Origin: Terriglobia bacterium
GTDB taxonomy: Bacteria > Acidobacteriota > Terriglobia > 2-12-FULL-54-10
DNA: 64,000 bases
Assembly: GCA_963666975.2 (NCBI GenBank)
Contig: CAXVYR010000002.1
Span: 224,001-288,000, forward strand
Direction of reading: 5' to 3'
Part shown: piece by piece, positions 58,829 to 64,000 of the stretch
How positions within the stretch are numbered: position 1 is the stretch's first letter
How the letters are laid out: each line of letters begins with the position of its first letter
Made by a program: the position numbers and the translations under genes
Notes under the pieces: generated by a model
Told to the model about the DNA's origin: nothing
What the model saw: only the letters and a program-made list of their open reading frames with translations
Databases searched by the model: none

Positions 58829-61081
58829 ATGACGAACAGGAAGATTGCGACGGGGGCGAAGCGGCGACAGAACCTCGTACTGGCAGCCATCCTAACATTG
58901 CTCGGAGTGGGTGCTGGATTTTTGCTATCCGGGGGAAATGATATTGAGGCGCGCTCTGCCTTGGGCCGCAAACCCACCGGATTTCCCCAGCTAGTCTCGG
59001 TAGAACCCTTGCCGATGATGGACGGGGAGATGTGCCAGTGGATGCCCGCCAGCGCATCCGGCAACCTTCGCGCGTCACTCTTCCAGACGGGCGCATCCGG
59101 TCGCGCCGCCTCGGCGGAAGACCCGAACCGCGAGGAGGTTCGGCGGCGGCCCCCCCTGCGAACCATCAAAGACCCCTATGCTTCGTTCAGCGCCATCGCG
59201 GTGGACCCCGTTCGCGATGAAGTGATCATGACCGATGAAAGTCTCTTCCAGATTCTCGTCTATGACCGATTGACCAACACTCCTCCCACGGCCCAATTTT
59301 CCGAGCCGAAGCGGTCCATCGGCGGTTTAGATACGAAGGTGGATTATGTCTGCGGGCTCTACATCGATCCGGCAAGCGGCGACATCTACGCCATCAACAA
59401 CGACACGGTGGACACGCTGGTCATCTTCAACCGCCAGGCCAAGGGCAACATTCCGCCGACGCGGGAACTCTACACCCCGCACGGCACCTACGGGATTGCG
59501 GTGGATGAGGGAGCCGAGGAGCTGTTTCTCACCATTGAGCACGACAGCGCCGTGGTGGTCTTCAACAAGTGGGCGGAGAAGGATGCGGAGCCGCTGCGAT
59601 CCTTGCAGGGAGAACGGACGCGTCTGGCCGACCCGCACGGCATCGCCCTGGACGCGGAGCGGAATGTGATGTACGTCGCCAACTTCGGCTCGTCCCAATC
59701 CCACGATCCCAACCTCGACAACAAGTCCCGGCCGATGTACAGCCGGGGCGAAGGAAAAGCCAACTGGCCTCTGACGCGCAACAGCGTCATTCCGGGCAGC
59801 GGACGTTTCACCGATCCGTCCATCACCGTGTATGCGAAGGACGCGCGAGGAAACACGGCTCCCCTCCGTGTCATCCAGGGCCCGAAGGCGAGGCTGAACT
59901 GGCCCACAGGACTGGCCCTTGACCCGGTAACCCATGAACTTTTTGTCACCAACGACATGAATGACGAGGTGCTGGTCTTCGACGGGGACGCCGAGGGAGA
60001 CGTGGCGCCGAAACGCATTCTCGGCGGGCCGAAGACGATGATCAAAAACCCCACCGGCGTCTGGGTGGACCGGGAAAATGAAGAGTTGTGGGTCGCCAGT
60101 TTCGGCAACTACACAGCGACCGTTTTTCCGTTGGGCGCATCCGGCGACACGGCCCCGCGACGGGTGATTCGCAGCGGCCCCCTGGGAAAACCCGCGCTCA
60201 TGATCGGGAACCCGCACCCAGTGGCCTATGACAGCAAGCGCGAGCAGATTCTGGTCCCCAACTGAGTGGCTCATCCGCAGATTGCGGTATTCGCCAGGAC
60301 GGCGGATGGAAGCGACTCTCCCGTACGGAAAATCGAGGGCCAGAAAACCAAGCTGGGGCGCACCATGCACTCTATCATTTACGACCCGATCCATGATGAG
60401 ATCAGCGTGCCGCAGGACTTCGCCCACGCCATTCTGACGTTCCGCGCGGATGCCAGCGGCGAGCAGCCTCCGATGCGGATTCTGCAAGGTCCCGACACTC
60501 GTTTGAATGGACCGGAACGGCACACGGTGGACCCGGTAAACAACGAGATTTATGTGCCTCAAGGCGACGAGATTCTGGTCTTTGACCGCGAAGCGGCGGG
60601 CAACGTGGCTCCGAAACGCATTCATAAGGGGCCGGACACGAAATTAGGCGCGGGCGCTGTGGCCGTGGACCCGGTGCGCAACCTCCTGGTTGTTGTGGGA
60701 ACGCATGAAACTGAAGGGCTGAAAATCCGCATCTACCCGCGAACGGCGGAGGGCAACACCCCGCCGCTGCGGCAGATCGGAGGGCCGAACAGCATGATCA
60801 CGAGGATGGGCGGCCCGTTCGCGCTGTACCCGCCCTCGGGCAAGATCGTTCTCACGATGCGTCCCCGGAAGGCCGGTGTTCTGGGCGGGGATGACAGTTT
60901 CACCGGCGTCTGGAACATTACAGACAACGGCGATGTTCCGCCCCAATGGACGATCGGGGGGCCGAAAGGCGCTCTAGTGATGCCGCGCGGCGTTGCGCTG
61001 GATGTGAAGAACAAGAGCATCATCGTGACCGACAAGCGGCTCAACGCGATCCTCACTTACTATTTCCCGGAAATTTTCTAG
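58829..61081 (+). CDS. NHL-like beta-propeller protein with in-frame UGA at 60263-60265 (candidate selenoprotein, 750 aa if read through)
   Basis: ORFs 58829-60265 and 60266-61081 are contiguous and in frame; the blade repeat continues across the stop. Confidence 0.75.
60269..60313 (+). promoter_or_regulatory. Putative bacterial SECIS element
   Basis: CATCCGC(60272-78)/GCGGATG(60302-08) lower stem, GCG/CGC upper stem, GUAUU loop starting 21 nt after the UGA. Confidence 0.55.
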
Positions 61082-61334
61082 CCGGTTGCTGGAAAACCGC
61101 TGGCCGTCGTGCCGAAACGCTCTCCAGCCATGTGCGCTTCAGCGCCTGAGGCGAGTCTTGCACTCTGCGTGTTCCAGCAATTCAACCCCGACCTCAGCGG
61201 CTGAAGCCGTTGTCGTGATCCGGGTAGCGGCAGTTAAAGACACCCCAGCACGCTGACAGCGGCGTGCTGGGGGGGCCGTCAAACCGTGCCCTGACAAGAG
61301 CGTAATACTGGGATACACGAACCGTGAAACAGAT

Positions 61335-64000
61335 CTAAAAAGAGAAGCGCAAGGCGAATTGAATCTGGCGTGATGTGGTCGCCGTCCTGGAAATCCTTCC
61401 TGCCGTACTGGTTCGGTTGCCGGACCGGCCCGAGAAAACGACAGCGGAAGGGCTTGTTAAATTGGGATGGTTGGGAAGATTGAACAGGTCGGCTCGGAAT
61501 TGCAATCGCCGTTTGGAGTCGAGTAAAAATTCCCTCCGGAGCGATACGTCCATGTTGAACACGCTAGGGGAGATGAGCGTGTTGCGGCCCGCGTTGCCGA
61601 GGGTTCCCGGCGGAGGCGCCGAAAAAGCACAGGGATCGAAATACAGCTCCGGGGTGCCCAGGGTTTGGCCTGCGCTAATGCGGCCGCAACCAGCCGAAAC
61701 ACCCTCCACCAGATTGTTGCTCGCGCCGCCGGCCAGATTCGGCCTGCTGGCCGCAAACAGGTAGCCTTCGGCGCGGGCTTTGGACTCGGCGGAGAAGGGG
61801 GTCCCTTTACGTAAGTTCATGATCCCGCCCAGCCGCCAGCCGCCCAAGAGCTTGGAAAGGGGGCCTGAATTCCACCAGCGCTGCCCGCTCCCGAAGGGAC
61901 TATTATAGAAGTAGCTGAACACGAGGCGATGCCGAATATCGAAGTCCGACAAGCCGCGGTCGAGCGTCCGCATCAGGGGATACTGGCCGGTGTTGGATTG
62001 CTGCCCGACGGAGGAATCATCCACCGATTTGCTGAACGAATAGCTGGCCTGCAGGGATAGACCGGAGCTAAGCGACTTATTGGCGGAAACCTGCAGCGCG
62101 TTGTAAAAGGATTGCGCGTCCGTATTGATGATGGTGATCGAACCAAAGTTCGGATTGGTCGGTCCCGCGTTGGGCTGGCAGAGGTCTGAAGGATTGGGTG
62201 AACTGCAATCATCCGGGAAGAAGAGCGCCCCATCCTGCTGAACGACGGGAACCGGATACTGGTTCGCCTCGAAACGGCGCAACAGGTGGTTGCCTCGGGA
62301 ACCGACGTAGGAAGCCTGCGTGCGCCAGCCGCCCGGCAGCTGCTGCTGCAGCGTTACGTGGTAACGGAACACCATCCCCGAGTTCATAGCCTGATGATCC
62401 ATGACCTGAACCAGGAAGGGCACGTCGACGGCGCCTTCCAGCGCGTTGGGGAAAAATGCGGAGGTGTCCAGATTGGGGCTGACCGCGATGTTGTAAAACG
62501 GAGCCGAGCTTCTTCGCGAATTGGCCACGTATCCCAGAACGGGGTCGTAGTAGATGCCGACGCCGCTTCTCACCACTGTTTCCCGGCCCTCCCAGGGAGT
62601 CCACGTAAGACCCAGGCGGGGCGCGAAATTCAAAAGAGAAGAATTGCTCTCAAAGAAATCCCCGTACTCCACCTCCGTGCTCCGCACGACGTCCCGAAGA
62701 AACACGGTCTTGTTCAGCCGGTCGCTGATTTTGGTAACCATTTCATAGCGAAGACCCATGCTCACCTGAAGGCGAGGATGGAGCCGGTATTCATCTTGAG
62801 CGTAAAGGCCCACCAAAGTCTGCCGAAAGTCGCGCTGGTTGTCCGAGCCGGGCAATGCAACGGCCAGACCTGTTCCCACCGGTCCGGCCTGCAAAAACCC
62901 CTCCAGGCTGTTAAACGACCACACCGCACCCTTCTGCCAGTCGCTGAAGATGTCCCATCGGTAGCGATGCACGTCCACTCCAAACTTCAACGCATGAGGC
63001 CCTCGCTGCACAATGAGCTGCCCCCCGAACTGAAGGGATTTCGCGTTATCGGCCCGGGGGATATTCGACCTAGGGCCGAAGGCGCTTAGACCCGGCATCT
63101 GGATTACGCCGAACCTCGGAGCCTCGGGCAGGAAGAACAACGAAGGCGGGATTTCAATCAGGGAACGCGTGGCGGAAGAGTCAATCATTCGCGTATAACC
63201 AAAGCGGAACGCCGCCAGCGCCTGCAGATTGAGGATGTGGGTTCCCACCACCGTGAGGTATTGCTGGCGGGTCTCTTTGACGGTCTGGAACAAGTGTGTG
63301 CCCTGCGACTCCTCGCCGGTGGCGTCGTCAAAGGTGTAGCGGGCGAAGAAGCTGTCCTTGTCCGAGATTTTTTGGTCCACGCGAAAGGTAAAAAAGTTTT
63401 CGTTCACCGGCAGAAATTGGGGAGCCACGTTGCGTCCTACGCCGCGTCCCAGCCCGATATCGTTCGGTACGGGAATCAGCTCCAGGTAGGGCTGCACGCT
63501 GGGCGCGATGGGGACGGTGGGCGTGCCGGAGGAGTCCGGAAATCCGCTCCGAGCCTCTCCGTCCGGGAAGAAGCTCACATTGGTCTCGGTCAAACGGTCG
63601 CGCAGTCCCTCATAGCTGAACAAGAAAAAGGCCCGGTCCTTTTGTAACGGGCCCGTCAGCGTAAATCCGAACTGGTTCCGCTTAAAGGGAGGCGGCTCAG
63701 AATCGCGGTCAAAAAAGTTGCGTGCATCCAGCTTGCTGTTGCGGAAAAACTCAAACAGGGTTCCATGAAATTCGCCGGTTCCGGAGCGGGTGATCGAATT
63801 CAAAACCCCTCCGCTGCTGCGGCCATACTCGGCTCCATAACCGGCGCTGAGCACCTGCACCTGGAAAACCGTATCGGACCCCAGTTGCACCCCGGCGGCG
63901 CTTCGGGGAACTTGATTTCGCGCATTCATGATGCTGGTTCCGTCCAGCAGGAAGTGGTTGGAGGTGGCGCGGCTGCCGGAAACCGACAAGCTGCCGCCGC
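61335..64000 (-). CDS. TonB-dependent receptor (Oar-like); 5' end beyond the window
   Basis: TRSGTGEFHG, DARNFFD, NFAPRLG, RQIQFALRFSF. Confidence 0.92.
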   Translation of the reverse strand, partial: GGSLSVSGSRATSNHFLLDGTSIMNARNQVPRSAAGVQLGSDTVFQVQVLSAGYGAEYGRSSGGVLNSITRSGTGEFHGTLFEFFRNSKLDARNFFDRDSEPPPFKRNQFGFTLTGPLQKDRAFFLFSYEGLRDRLTETNVSFFPDGEARSGFPDSSGTPTVPIAPSVQPYLELIPVPNDIGLGRGVGRNVAPQFLPVNENFFTFRVDQKISDKDSFFARYTFDDATGEESQGTHLFQTVKETRQQYLTVVGTHILNLQALAAFRFGYTRMIDSSATRSLIEIPPSLFFLPEAPRFGVIQMPGLSAFGPRSNIPRADNAKSLQFGGQLIVQRGPHALKFGVDVHRYRWDIFSDWQKGAVWSFNSLEGFLQAGPVGTGLAVALPGSDNQRDFRQTLVGLYAQDEYRLHPRLQVSMGLRYEMVTKISDRLNKTVFLRDVVRSTEVEYGDFFESNSSLLNFAPRLGLTWTPWEGRETVVRSGVGIYYDPVLGYVANSRRSSAPFYNIAVSPNLDTSAFFPNALEGAVDVPFLVQVMDHQAMNSGMVFRYHVTLQQQLPGGWRTQASYVGSRGNHLLRRFEANQYPVPVVQQDGALFFPDDCSSPNPSDLCQPNAGPTNPNFGSITIINTDAQSFYNALQVSANKSLSSGLSLQASYSFSKSVDDSSVGQQSNTGQYPLMRTLDRGLSDFDIRHRLVFSYFYNSPFGSGQRWWNSGPLSKLLGGWRLGGIMNLRKGTPFSAESKARAEGYLFAASRPNLAGGASNNLVEGVSAGCGRISAGQTLGTPELYFDPCAFSAPPPGTLGNAGRNTLISPSVFNMDVSLRREFLLDSKRRLQFRADLFNLPNHPNLTSPSAVVFSGRSGNRTSTAGRISRTATTSRQIQFALRFSF

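Overview
Bacterial chromosomal window, most consistent with an Acidobacteriota-type genome (inferred from gene content: Oar-like TonB receptors, short EF-Ts, HTH-pilMNOPQ-peptidase-accBC-thiE block). Core blocks are rplM-rpsI-rpsB-tsf-pyrH-frr, a MacAB-type ABC exporter, tRNA-Glu(CUC), thiE/accC/accB/M24 peptidase/pilMNOPQ and a Gld-like ABC system. They are interspersed with accessory DNA: IS1, IS630, IS1202/ISNCY and IS3 elements, IS630-ended MITEs carrying REP-like palindromes, secreted amidohydrolase paralogs, TonB receptors, c-type cytochromes and beta-propeller proteins. Two observations stand out. (1) A ~3.3 kb IS1-family element (2902-6235) carries an atypical 101-nt tRNA with a Ser-type acceptor, G73 and extra-long variable arm but a Tyr (GUA) anticodon arm. 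It lies upstream of and co-oriented with the transposase, behind a promoter overlapped by twin palindromes shared with a divergent toxin/HTH-antitoxin/DUF3467-like trio. (2) A beta-propeller gene (58829-61081) is split by a single in-frame UGA in mid-repeat and followed by a bacterial SECIS-like hairpin, making it a candidate selenoprotein. All calls come from reading the sequence; no database searches were run.
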